From positions 374,128 to 429,498 of the forward strand of contig NMRA01000388.1 of the NCBI GenBank assembly GCA_002633005.1: DNA of 55,371 nucleotides, given 5' to 3'. Under the pieces are notes generated by a model. The model was not told where the DNA came from. It did not search any database and worked only from the letters and a program-made list of their open reading frames with translations. This document shows, piece by piece, positions 39,592 to 52,500 of this stretch; positions within the stretch are counted from its first letter, which is position 1, and every line of letters starts with the position of its first letter. Made by a program: the position numbers and the translations under genes. The DNA comes from Phoronis australis (taxonomy: Eukaryota > Animalia > Phoronida).

Positions 39592-42500
39592 TTTGAGGAC
39601 TGAAGTGGTGTCGGCCGGAAAAGAGTCGGGTAGTCATGAGGTGAATGATGGAACGGACTCTGCTCAACTTGGCCTTCGTTACAAGTTTTTAAGTTATTGT
39701 ACCGTTTGTTCACTTGCTATAATGGTTAGATGTCAAGTAGAAAATACAAATGTTTTATTGCGACATTTCTAGATCCGCACACCCCGCCACAGTTTTCTTG
39801 GCCACTTTGTTAAGTTATGTGAGGGACTGGTGTCGGAAATAAGCCGGGTAATTATAATAGTGCATTAAGGAGTGGACTCTCCCAACCCATCCCTCGCCGT
39901 AAGTTCTCATGTTATTTGTTGTTCACAACACAAAGAGAGAGCGTCAGGTGTGTCAAAGTTCGAGTTCCGCGGGTTTCCGCCAAAAATAATGAAACTGGTT
40001 TCGGACCACAACTCCAATCCGAGAACATCGTGACCGGCGGTGACAACAACAGTTATCAACAGTAACTCGTCCATGCAAGAGGTGTTTTTTCCGCTCTTCA
40101 TCATCGGTTGAACGGCTTTAAATAAAAACGAAATTGTTTGGCGGTAAATTAAATGGATATTTTTAGCAAATATTAATCGTCACAACTCGTTTGTGGTCAT
40201 GATGAATATAAGCTGGTTTCAGGTCATAATTTCGACAGGCAACGTGGAGCAATTCGTCGGGCGGCCGTGTCACCAGCAGGTGGGTCAATATTTTAACTCA
40301 TAGCATTTTAATTTCTTTATGAGCAAGGATTTAAAAGCAAGCGTTCGTCGGTTCTCTGCGGGGTACTTGTAAAACTGACAGCCTGAGACAGGCATTCCCT
40401 TAACTACATGTAGCTAGCTAATCACGGGCATGATAACAAACGCCAAATATAGCACTGTCCCGTGAACCCTGAGTGGGTGTGTTTAGGTGACTTTCGAAAA
40501 AATACTCGTATTTGCGTAGCTAAGAGTGCATGTTGGATTTTTGCATCAGTTGTTACCGTTTTCAAATTTTTTACGAGCATTTTTTACCTGTTGCCGAGAC
40601 ACTTTTTGTTAAATCGATTTCTGAGCAGTGAATGTTATCTGTACTATTTACCTAAACCCGACCGTGAAAAAGCTAAAAATGAAAAGATTTTCTTGTAACT
40701 CCACTCCAATATTGTGTGTTGCTGACGTCCATTTCACCTATTGCCTGATGATGAGACATCTCGTCTCAATTATTTTAATTTGTACGTTATGTATCTTGGT
40801 GTTTTGCGTCATAACTGCACGCCTGAAGATGTGGAAATTATATAGAGACTACGAGCGAGTATATAAAAAGCTGTCTAACAAAATGTACAGTCGTGCCTTC
40901 AACCAATGTAACATGCATAAGTGGGGTAGTTTAGCTCCAAGTAGCCTACATATAATCTCAGTCTCATTCTGTTCCACAAGAGGGTAGAACATTCATGTGT
41001 AAATTCATCATGGGTGCAAGGTATTTTTTATCAGTACACTGCTATTTTAAAAACTTTTGATTTTTTGTAATCATTAAGAACGATTACAGTTTTCCTTTTA
41101 AATGTAATATACATAGAACTTGGAGAATGCATACATTGACATGTTTTCTTCTTTTTTTTAAATGTTGATAACGTAAAAGCTCTTCGGTGTAAGACTACAT
41201 GGTGACCGCTGCGTCGTCAGGGTGAGAGCGAAGGCGACGCGGAGGGCTTAGGGCGAAATCACACGGTAATCGCCGACGAGTGATCCTGGTATGCTCGGCA
41301 CCTTGGAAATAGATGGGCTGTCGTCAAGAGGCCTGTTCATGATGTAGAACCCTACTGCATGGAGTATAGCAATGACTTCACGGAAATAAAACACCAGCTA
41401 TGATATAATAAATTGAAAGATAAAACGATGATCTTTCGAACTGCATGGTTGGCTTAAACTCTCGTAAACACCGTAAAAGTTGCGATCATTTTCGCAATGA
41501 AAATTAGCCAAAATAGATGCGTTAGCTTAGTTTCAGTTCTCTCGGTGGTAACCATTAGTGAAACGGCTTGGTAACTCGCTGAACCGTGGAAGATAATTGG
41601 CCTTATCGTGATGCCGGTCAAAAGAGCAGAGCAGCTGAACACATAAAAACGAGCTAGATTTAAATCGCTGTCGCCTGGAGTTGAAACCAAATGGGAGGTT
41701 TGAGAAATGGTGTAACTGGTGACAAAAGGGTGTCATATCAGATGTGTATTCGTGGCCAACCGCTGTGCACCTTAAGTGCGTTGCTCTTAGTCAGTGACAT
41801 TGCAAACTAATTGACGTCTAAACAAATGCATTGTTGACAGGGAAGGCAACACACGAGTTAAAACTTTAAGCAACTGACGTATTAACTAAATCGTTGACAT
41901 TTATCACGCCAACCTTCTATGTTCATAATACTCAGTAGGATTTCCTTTCTCTAATCCAACGGTGTTAATCTACGCAATTCACACCTTTACGGGGTGTCAT
42001 TAAGTACTGAAATAAGAATGTCAATTTATAATTCGAATGTCAACTGAGGGATTAGACGTGCATACCCGAACGAGCACACAACTGTTAGGGGGTCTATACT
42101 GTATTATATAGCGAGCTGTGGCTGCAGAGGTTATCAGTTCCTAGCTCGAACGCTACTATACATGTAGAACCGGCCAACAGAAAGTTGAACAACACATCTT
42201 TAATTTTACTGCTTACGGTAAGCATCCTGATAACTACTCATGTTTCACGTAGAGATTCCACTGGCGTGTGAAAATTACAAAATTTATTTTAGAAATTACA
42301 TATGGTATGACTCAGTAATGCCATTTAATAACCCCGCCTAAATAAACATATTGGGTCCTACTTGGCTCCACAAAAAGTATACTTAGTTCAATCTGGCGCA
42401 TCCCGGACGCGCCAGCTACGCTATGCATTTCCATTCCAAATTACATTTGTGATACTAATCCTTATTTTAATCTAATTTATTCGTTAGAATAGTTTGTCAG

Positions 42501-42847
42501 CATCCCTAACTAGCTGTTGAAAATGTCTGAAAACACAGTAACGTCGGCTCTAGTGCTGGGCTTTGGAGGACCAATATGAAAACACCGTGACCCCAGCGGC
42601 CACTCTGTTAAGAGTAAACAACAATATCGTGTCTAGTTTAACCAAGTTTGATAACTGATAAATTTTATAATCTACCATTTTTAACGCTTCGTATTGAATA
42701 TATAAGTGACGGTAGACAATGATGGCCTAAAAACGCCTAATATTGGTTCCTAGGCCCGAATAACGAGCACGTTACTATCACTTTTATAGCGGCAGATCTA
42801 AATCAAAATCAAAAGTTAGTTTCTTAGACACAACGCAGATTTATTGT

Positions 42848-43008
42848 CAGTGGCGAGTTTAGAGGGGAGCCCGCAAGGGGGCCATGCCCCCCCCCCTAAC
42901 ATTCTCCCAGATTCCATATGGCAGTTCGCGGGTGCAAATGTCTGACGGGCAAAATCCTGACTGATATTCTGTCCTGCCCCCCAACTCAAAATCCTGGATC
43001 CGCCCCTG
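42848..43008. mobile_element. Short non-autonomous DNA element (CAGTGGCG / GGATCCGCCCCTG termini)
   Basis: Termini resemble the 11446 hAT TIR. It has internal G/C runs and is flanked by the direct repeat ATTGT (42843-42847, 43009-43013). Confidence 0.65.
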
Positions 43009-43933
43009 ATTGTTGCTTCAAAAACATTACAACTCTATCGGATTAGTATTCCCGTAAAATCAATAAAGTTTTTCTTCGTTGCGTTTCACTTGCCACTGTT
43101 TTCAGTTCGGATCACAATCACTAGGAAGTGAAAGCTGCACAATTCATTGTTGCTAAACAGGGAAATAAAATACTCTCAGTAACACATAACTCATCTGTGC
43201 GTGACTGTGCCACAATATTGACCCGGCGCGGCCTCTCACTTAACCGTTTTAAGTCTGTGATCTCTGTCCTCAGGGAGAGAGTGGATCATTTCTGGGTTAT
43301 GAGTTTTTTTTTAACGCACCGTAATACAGTAGTTGCCCAGTCACCTTGCAACTGGGTGAAACCAATGAACTATACCAGGAGACTGGTATAGCAATGGTAA
43401 AACGAAACTCAATGAGGAGTTTACTTATTAGGAAAGCTCCATACAAGTGCGTTCCTTCCTGTGTCCACTCTCCAGTACAGGTGCAGAAGTGCCCTACCCT
43501 CGGGAGTTTGCAGCAAATTGATTGTCATGTAGTTACTTAGCCTACACTAAAAAGAGCCCTTTTGTCAGAAAACTAATCAAACGCATTGGAAAATCTTGAA
43601 AAACAACTTTGTGAACACAAAAACAGATGCCAACCACAGTATAGGAATATCCCTCAGAATATCGTGTCGAAGTGTTGCTGCGTACCCAACGATCCATATT
43701 ACTTTCAGGTTAGCACATGTACTATTGAAATGCGCCCCCCCCCTCACTTCAGGCGGTGATACGAGTATACCGATGTAATTACTGTTTGAAAGGCCTTTGA
43801 AAACAGTAAGCGAGAAGTAACATGCGACACAATGACACCGTTTCTCTTTTCTTTTCCAGGTAACTGGTTTCTAAAGGAACTGTGAGTCATAATATTTGTA
43901 TTTACCTTGGGAGAATATTACGGAACAAAAGAA

Positions 43934-44983
43934 ATGCCGGCTAGTAACCCTGCAAACATAACTACAATGGGTGAAAGTGACGTTCATTCAGTACACAGCC
44001 TACTTGATCAAGTATCGCTAGACGGCAGTCAAACTATCGTCTCGAACAAAGGCTTTTGTTGCCGTGACTACGGCAATACCGCGGCATCGACAAGAAATAA
44101 TCAAATCCCATCTGTTAATGGAATACAAAGAGGGTCACGTGATCGCGCAACACGTTTTGCTCGATTCACGCCACACAGCCCGGCAGATGTGAGAGATGCG
44201 AAGTACGAAGGCTCCGGCATGGACACAGAAACGGACGGGGATAGCCTTCTGGGCGACATGAGAGACTTCGAATCACCAGCTACGTACCCGTTGGTGAGGA
44301 TTAAGAGGAAATATTTACGTCGTCGATACGTCAACCCAATGGCTGACAACATCGCAAAGGCCCGTGAAAAGGGGCGGTCCTACTCGGCAGCGGACGTTGA
44401 GGAAAGAGCGTGCATTAAACATTTGCAGCGGGAGAGTTCCATTTCTAGTCAAATAGCAGAGAAATATCACGAAAGAGCAAGGACATTTGTAAAACAAGCT
44501 TCGGACTTGACTTCTGCAAAGGTTGATGAACAAGAAGATACACAAATTGTGGTGCGTTGTCACCCCAGAATTCCTAGAAAGCTAAAACCATTGTTTCACC
44601 ATCCGTCTTCCGAGGATATTTTGCCTCCCGCTCTGGGCAAACGGTCGGAAAACGTAGAAAATAAAGTGCCGTCGTCAAATGGAGATTACAATTACAGACG
44701 CACTTATAATTGGGAGACCTCGAATAAATCCGATATATCCTCGAACGGTTCCACCAACGGCAAACAAAAACGCGTACATTTCAATAAAGGAGCATTGCGT
44801 CGACCCGAGAGACCTTTACCACAGGGCAAAGAATCGCATACCGACCACAGAGACTGTAAAGTGCCAAACTCTTACGCAGTGGAGCTAGAGGCACGAAAAG
44901 CATTGGCCCGGAAACGTTTATTGATGTTGAAACCTATGTTTGCGACGGTACCGGAAAGCACAGACTTCAATACAAAACAGTAA
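43934..44983 (+). CDS. Uncharacterised single-exon protein (~349 aa), probably largely disordered
   Basis: 1050-nt ORF, GC-richer than its flanks, with a strong acceptor (tttctcttttcttttccag, 43859) upstream of the first ATG. S/R/K/D-rich with no recognisable domain. Confidence 0.75.
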   Translation: MPASNPANITTMGESDVHSVHSLLDQVSLDGSQTIVSNKGFCCRDYGNTAASTRNNQIPSVNGIQRGSRDRATRFARFTPHSPADVRDAKYEGSGMDTETDGDSLLGDMRDFESPATYPLVRIKRKYLRRRYVNPMADNIAKAREKGRSYSAADVEERACIKHLQRESSISSQIAEKYHERARTFVKQASDLTSAKVDEQEDTQIVVRCHPRIPRKLKPLFHHPSSEDILPPALGKRSENVENKVPSSNGDYNYRRTYNWETSNKSDISSNGSTNGKQKRVHFNKGALRRPERPLPQGKESHTDHRDCKVPNSYAVELEARKALARKRLLMLKPMFATVPESTDFNTKQ

Positions 44984-45410
44984 GCTATCACAAAGAACGG
45001 TTAGCGCAGAAACTGTCTTTAAATGAGATTTATCGTTCAAGATGTTATATGAATTATGTCACGCAAGCGATTAGTCACCCTGCCACGCCATTGTGTAGCT
45101 GTCTTTGAAGGAAAGATTAACTAATGGACGGGAAAATATCTCTAATTGGTAAAAGTAACGTCTGCAATCGTTGCTGCCATCCAGTGATAGAAAATCGATA
45201 GTTTGGACGGATCTAATGGAGATAATTCTTCATCTTGTGGTGATTGTACATCGACTTGGTGAAGGTGAAGGAGTAGGCCTATAATTGAACGTGCAATTAA
45301 ACAGATCTCGAAGTTGCGAAGGATTCGTTGTGAAAGACAAAAATTGATTTCATTTGTGAAAGAAAGTCATATTGTGGGACCAGGATTATGTAATATTTTG
45401 CACTTGTTAA

Positions 45411-45617
45411 AGGGACATCGTCTTTGTCACAACCATAAACTTTGGGGGATTATTGTTGGCTAGAGTAGACTTCTTGAAGTTTTCGCTTTGGTCAGAGCTA
45501 TGAAACAACAAAAATTGTTGTTTTGTGATTTCATTAGAGCGTTCGGCTGCTACTGAGTAGTTAGTGAGTTCAGTTCCGCCTTATTGCTATTTTCTGTAAA
45601 ATTGCTTTTTTGTCCCT
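45411..45617. mobile_element. Small TTAA-flanked (Kolobok/piggyBac-type) MITE
   Basis: TTAA|AGGGACA ... TGTCCCT|TTAA. The TIR match is short. Confidence 0.5.
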
Positions 45618-47161
45618 TTAAGTACTGTCTCAAATTTCGTCTTGCTAATTGCAGCGAAGAGCCGAGTCTACTCTAAAGGCGATGGTTTATTTTCTTCGCG
45701 AGCATTTTCGCGCTGAGGGTGGCACATGTCTTTGTAAAGCTCGTAGCCATATGATGCATGTAGCAGGATATTCACGTAAGAATGCCCACTTGCCTTAGGG
45801 TGGGTCATTTACAAACATCTGGGCCCTCACCGTACATTTATTTATAAACTTCATTTCAGCTATATGCTGCCATCGATCAACGGTAACACATGGGGATTTC
45901 TAAAATGATTAGAATTAACCTGAGAAACAGATCACCGAACTGAAAACTACGCGTTTGAAAACAAAAGAAGAACACTCCTATTCCAGCTCGTTTTTATTGA
46001 CAAAGCCAATGACAGATGTTTAACTGTAAGGATAGGATTCCCTTGATTACGTGGCAACTTAGTACCAAAGTACATTTTTTTCGCGCCGTCACGTCAATCA
46101 CTTAAAGTGATATTCTTTACGGCTGGTGCTTGGCCGTTTTCACGTATGAAAAGTCAAAGTCCACCACATGTACGGTTAAACATGACGTCTTGGCGGTGAT
46201 GAATTATTGAATTTCGATATTTCACACGAATGTGTTATTCCTGGTCATTAAGTCTAGAAAAAAAAATATTTACTCAGTTCTCAGCGAAATTTGCAAATAA
46301 CGTCCGCGACATTTTTTAGGGCGTTTAGCTATACTGCATGTGTTGCGTTACTAGTGTAACATTGTTCTCGTAGTCCACGAAAGATGATGTGGTTAGCATT
46401 ATTCACGAAAAGATGACGAAAACAACAAATTATGGATTCAGGTCTCATAAGCTTAAACGCCTCGGAATCAATAATTGATCGGCCCCTCATGGCTGGTCTT
46501 TTTCAAAGGTCTATGCACCTCTGCCCGATCTATTTGTTTACATTCTCGGTACGCTGTGCAGTAGGACACTGTTTTCTAACAAAACATTTGGTAAAAGGAA
46601 GTTACATTGAAACGATATGTTATGGCCACGCTATATTGAGTAGCTAAGAGATAAACAAGTGTTAATTATTCATAGGTAAGAGTCCTGTGTATTTCTTCCA
46701 CAAAACTAGTTTACTGTTGGTTAATGTTTTGGTGCCATTGTAAATATACTGTTTTATTTATAGACTACCCTGTAGTTTTCACGGTGTGTGACTACGTGAC
46801 AAGTGACGGAGGAAAATGACATGAGTTAAAAAGGTACAATCGACGCAAATGTCACTGTTTCTCATACTATACCCGCCCCCCTCATCTATGTCAGTGAATC
46901 CGTCCTCTGTCGTGTACCAACTTTTATTCAATGGGACAGGTCTGTTATAGTCACACTTTCAGAAGTCCCTCTCGAGGTAGAAAAACACTTTGTACGATTG
47001 GCCTATTTTCCCCGAGGGTCGCTTGACACGCAACTGAGTAGTCAAGTGAAAAACGATTCATTCAGTTATGTCTCGTCACCCATAACTCTAAGGTTATGTA
47101 GGATATTGTCGACTGTGACCGTTTTATCTACAAAAAAACTATAGGTTTTAACTCGTCAAAA

Positions 47162-47303
47162 CATGGGCAGGCGGAGGAGCACTGAAAAAAGTGGGGGGCT
47201 AGAGCCTCCCATTCCTCTATGGTGCGCGCCGCCATGGGCGGCGCAGCACTGAAATAAGTGGTGGGGCTATAGCCTCATAGCCCCCTTTGGTGCGCCGCCC
47301 ATG
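47162..47303 (+). mobile_element. Short dimeric MITE (CATGGGC..GCCCATG)
   Basis: Inverted termini and two ~70-bp subunits, each catgggc..gcactgaaa.aagtgg..ggcta.agcctc..tggtgcgc.gcc. Confidence 0.7.
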
Positions 47304-49169
47304 AAAAAGTATATATTTTCTGAAAGGGCTGTACTTCGGGAGCAAGTTTTCGGTTATACAGAATTGGTTAAACCCACGACACTTTTCATTGTTCACAGTC
47401 TATATTCCGTTACGATCATATCTTCGGAACAAAACTACTCTCAACTGAACATAGGTAAAGTAACTGACCTAGCGACATAATTAAAAGACACACGAAATTT
47501 TCTGAAAGCAGAAATTACGTAGAATTTGATTGTTGTCTCTAAACCAAATTACCACAAATAATGCTTTTCAGTAAAATTTAGCAAAAAAAAAGAAAATGTA
47601 AATTCATAACAAAACATCAAGATCAATTACTGACCAAATTTCACAATATAGATGTTTAAGACAAATTATCACAAACGCAACTACAGTTTTATAATTAATA
47701 ATTCGTTTTCGCTTTAGGCAACTTTAATTTTTTTACATCATGTAAGTCCTATTCTTTGATACTCCCTCATGCAAAAGTTGGATATTATAAAAACAATTCC
47801 CTAACAGCATTTTGGAGAGCAATGACTAAGCATAACGTGTGAAAATTAATTGATAATTCATTCAATCATTTCAGAGACATGTACGTGTTCCAAATCTGGC
47901 CAAATTGAACATTTTTTCTAGGGTCCTGTATTACCTTGGGAACGAGAGATTGTTACCATAGTTTGTATGGTACATCCGCAAATCTTCTCTTTGTGCGCAA
48001 CTACTCAAGTTCTGCTACGTTAACTAAGAGGATTGAAACCACCGTTTCAAAAAATTGCTCACGTAGTGTTTCAGCACATACCATCGGCAGTTTGCAATTC
48101 GACTATATTTAATGAATTCGACTCCGTTCTTGATTTTCACCCATCCATGAATGGATTGCTTCATCGTCGACATTTTGCGATTCGAAAGCATTTTCTTAAA
48201 TTTTGGCCCGTTCTCAGTGATTCTTACCAAGGACCACTAAAAATGCTCTAAAGTTTGTATATAACTCCTCCTACATTATTCATATTTCGACCAACTTTCA
48301 AACAAGCATGCTTAAGAAGTGTCGTTTGTAGCACACATTCTCTTAACCGAATTTTAAGGCATTTTGGCTTGTTTCTGTTTTATGGATCCAGGCAAATAAT
48401 ACGCGGCGCAACTCCTATATTTCACAATTTCAACCAAAAATTCAACAGGAATGTTTACGAGGCGCCACAGCGCGAATAGACGGTATTTTGTGATTCGACT
48501 CTATTTTCTTGATCTTTTCTCAGTATCCACGAATCGGGGTAGGGAAATATAACGCTCCTCTGTTCTCAACTCTTACAGACAAGCACGTGTGTTCACGAAG
48601 CTGTGCCCTTTCAGTTGTTTCAGTCGAACTGTCGAAGCGGAAATGATTGGTGTTACAGGATTAGACCGTATTTTCCTGAATTATATCCCGTTCTCAATTT
48701 TCCAGCTTCCATGTAGGGTTCTCAATGCCGAGTGCAACCCTTCACGACTAAGTTTGTTTGCGGTTTGAACAAAAAAACAGCAGCATTTTTGACGCTCGAC
48801 AATATTTTGCTATGAAGATTCCATGTGAGCTAACCAGTCTGGTAGAGGCTACCTTCACATTTATTTGTTATTATTCTATTAACAATGATTTATTCTAAGT
48901 ATCGTATAAACAGTATAATACCAAGGCAAATGTACAGTGCAGCCCATTTACTACGACCTACCATAGGACTGTTAGTAGGGGGCCTGGAGAGTGAGCCCAT
49001 TATGGTTGTGTCATTACTGGGAGGGCATCAACGTCTAAAAGATTCTGATCATTCTGTAGAGTGTATCAATCTACGTCCTTGCCTGGAATAGTCAGCCGCC
49101 AAACTCAGCAATTTTATGTTAGTGATGACAAAGTCGTGACAGAAGCAGGCAACAATGCTCAAAGAAGTT

Positions 49170-49500
49170 ATAATGACCCTCTCTTGAAACGCAGGGTCTT
49201 GCCAAGATGAAATAGGCACCTTTGCCATGGTAACCAGTCAACATCAGCAACTTTACGTCAGAAGCAGGAAACCTAGCCAAAAGTATTTGGGTTGACTCAT
49301 TGTTGAAATTTAGAGGTGCCGTTAAGCTGAATTGTTTATCGTTACCATGGTAACCAGGTATCTTCACAATCAATACCACCAACTTTAGGCTTGACGTTAA
49401 AAGGCATGCAACCATGTTCACATCATTTTAGTGCCCCTCCCTAAAATACAGGGCAGCTGCCAAGCTTGGACGTGCATCGTTGCCATGATAACCAAGTATT
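49170..49500. repeat. Degenerate ~120-140-bp tandem repeat, each unit with an X-box-like palindrome
   Basis: (g/t)tt(g/a)ccatg(g/a)taacca occurs at 49221, 49341 and 49479, and gccaag precedes it in units 1 and 3. Confidence 0.6.
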
Positions 49501-52500
49501 TTGGAATAGCAATAGTATAGGAAGACGACACATACCAACGAAAATTTAAAGACTAAAGACGGCCTATAACAAACACTGATTGTTCTACCATAGACATACC
49601 ATAGAAAAGTAGGAAACTTAAGCAACTCGTAGCCAAACACTCCAAAGCTGGACCAATTTTTAAATTAAAATCACACTAATCAGCGGCTTTCCTGGAAGCA
49701 GACATCCATGAAGTTGTTCTCTGTGTGTGACAATGCCTTCCACTGGGCTAGTGTAAAACACATTGCCACACATTAACCAACGAGGTTCCTCAATTTCATG
49801 TAGACCGGACGGACGAAAAATGTGACGTGTAGCGCAGTGGAATCATGGTCAATAAAAGAACAATCCTAAGGACAAATCTCGAATACTGAACTCGACAACA
49901 GTATAGCGTATTCAGATAGCGTTTGTTGAGATCCATTAACATACCGAATTTCAGGCAGATTTATCAAAGGACGATTGAGGTAATCGAAAAATGTTGAATA
50001 ACTAGAGAACGATAGGTCATGGCGCGAAACATGCCGCACTCCTAGACAAGATATATCTACATGTAAAATTGGGAAAAGCCTGTCAAAGGGCCATAGTACC
50101 TACAGCTCAGCAAAACGAAAATTCGAAATATTACGGCGTTCTCCGTTGACCCCAACTTGTTCGATCGGATGGAAAATGACGTTGACTGGCGTCTTACACC
50201 CGTGATTGGTATTTATGGTTGGAAGGCCAGCTCTCTTTTGTTCCATAATTGCTCTAATCAGACAGGATCCTATCCACAACCTGACTGGACAGTGCTTTTA
50301 AAAATAAAAGTTATAAACTGTTTGAACACAAATCAATAACAATTCTCATATCGTCGTCAAATACTGATCGTGTTTAGTTTTTGAATCACCAAAATCGCCC
50401 AACTACAACCGAAGTTATCTATTCTATGCGAACGCTTACCAAATTCATTGGGTTTGACTGTATTCATACGCGGTCGGTAATAAGGTGCAAATTACACTAT
50501 ATTTTTCCTAACGTCTTCATCCATAATACAAATACACAATACGTATGCTTATTCCAATACGCTGTTTAAGCATAATATGCTACTTTAACAAAGATATTAC
50601 GCCTGGTTACGCGCATTACAATCGTGGTCAAATTCATTACAAAGCTAAGGTCACGTGGTTCCTATACGCTACGATTTTCGCGCGCAGAGTTAGCCCGATT
50701 TCTCCAAAGCGTGAAGACAATGATAATCGTTCTCATCCAGACCTCAGATACATTAACAAGAGCAATGCAGAGCGTTGGTATGCGCCCAACGTACGTGAGC
50801 ATCGCATATTGCACAAATACAAAGGAAGATTACTATAAAACACTAAATGGACCCATGCCAGTAAACTTAACATGGCCTGTAAGGGGTGCAAAGCACTGAA
50901 GTAAGCAATGCTGTCCTCAATAGTAACATAACTGAATGCCAAGGCCGTAAAAAAATTAAAACTGGCACTGGAGACACAGTGGTAGATTAATGAATGTTAA
51001 GCCTTTTTGTACAATACTTAAAAAAAACTTGAGTTTCACAGAACAGAAAAGTACATATCTACAAAAATTGGAAATATTCTAATTTTAAAAAAACATGGAC
51101 ACTCACGCATGTTTTATTTATTGATTAACCTATAAGTCTGTAAGTCTTGGGAGGCGCCATTGTTGGGTGTGCTTGGGTAAGAAACCTAACAACTTGTATT
51201 ATAAATATAAAAATGACTTCTATGATAACCTAATTGCTAAACGGTTGGAAAACGCGTTTTTGTTGAATAAATGTTTGTACATTCTGTAGCAGTTGTGGAC
51301 GTCACATTAGGTTCCAACCATAAAATACTGAAATCATTATTTTGAAATAGTTGTCAAAGTATAGAACATCACCACTGGGTAAGATTGTGGATTAGTTTTT
51401 AACATAGATTATACTGATCACAGATCACATCAGTCAAAAATACTAAAAGACTTATCAATGTATATGATAATTTGATCATAGCAAAGTAAGTTATGAATTC
51501 CAGTGATGACTATGATAATTATAATATCTATATTAAATGTACGTAAAATAAAAAGATTGGAAAACATATAATATGGATGCAAAAATATATTGTAACAGAA
51601 TTAATTTAAAAATGAATGAAAATAAAAAGTTGCAAAACACTTAAATAATAAATGCAGTTCAAAATACCGTTTCTTTTATTTTTACGAATTTAGAACATAA
51701 TGCAGGCCTCCCAACAGCTTTCCACAAAAAGTAGGACAGTCAATTCACAAAAAGTAGTTAAACAGGAAAATAATTAGAAACAATTGAAGCAACTGAAGTG
51801 GTTGGTACTCATCTTTAGTACGAGGAGTGTCATTAGGCTTCCAAATCTAAGGTGATGCAGCCAAAATAGAAAAATGTGTCTCAAGTTTGTACCCCATTTC
51901 GTTATGTATTAACAGGGCTCAATACATGATCCAGTTTTATACCTCATCTGGAAAAACTCTGTAACAAATTATGAATACCCTATCCACTATCTGGCGACTT
52001 TTAAAAAATCACGTCTGAGTATTCATACCATGCAGAGAATTATTAGACCAAAACTTACATCAAACAAAGATATAGTAGATCTCTCAAACAATTTTTATAA
52101 TTACTAAAACAATCTAAACGAACATCACTAATTTTTACTACATGACGGCGTTTTCCCATTCAGTGATTTTACCAGACGTAGAAGGTTGTGAGCGTGTGAT
52201 AATATTTAGCTTCTTTGTTAACTGCCAAACACAGCCTTTCGTCTGGCAAGACAACAAGCAGGCTAGATACAATTTTATTGGAGATTAGAGCAATTATCGA
52301 ACAAATGAGAGCTGGTCATGTGAAGATTCTCGCTTACATGTACACTGGTCACCACACAGATTCCCTAAGCCCCAGACAACTTTTACGATGCCTATTCAGC
52401 ACGCCCTTTGTATTGATGTAGATCTGAGCAAATGAAGTGGAAAGGTAATAGCGAGCACTACTGCCTCAACAATGATGGTTGTTGTTAGAACCCTCAATTT

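Noticed and set aside
50545-50942. Three overlapping 69-97-aa ORFs
   Set aside because: No recognisable motif or splice context, and the lengths are compatible with chance.
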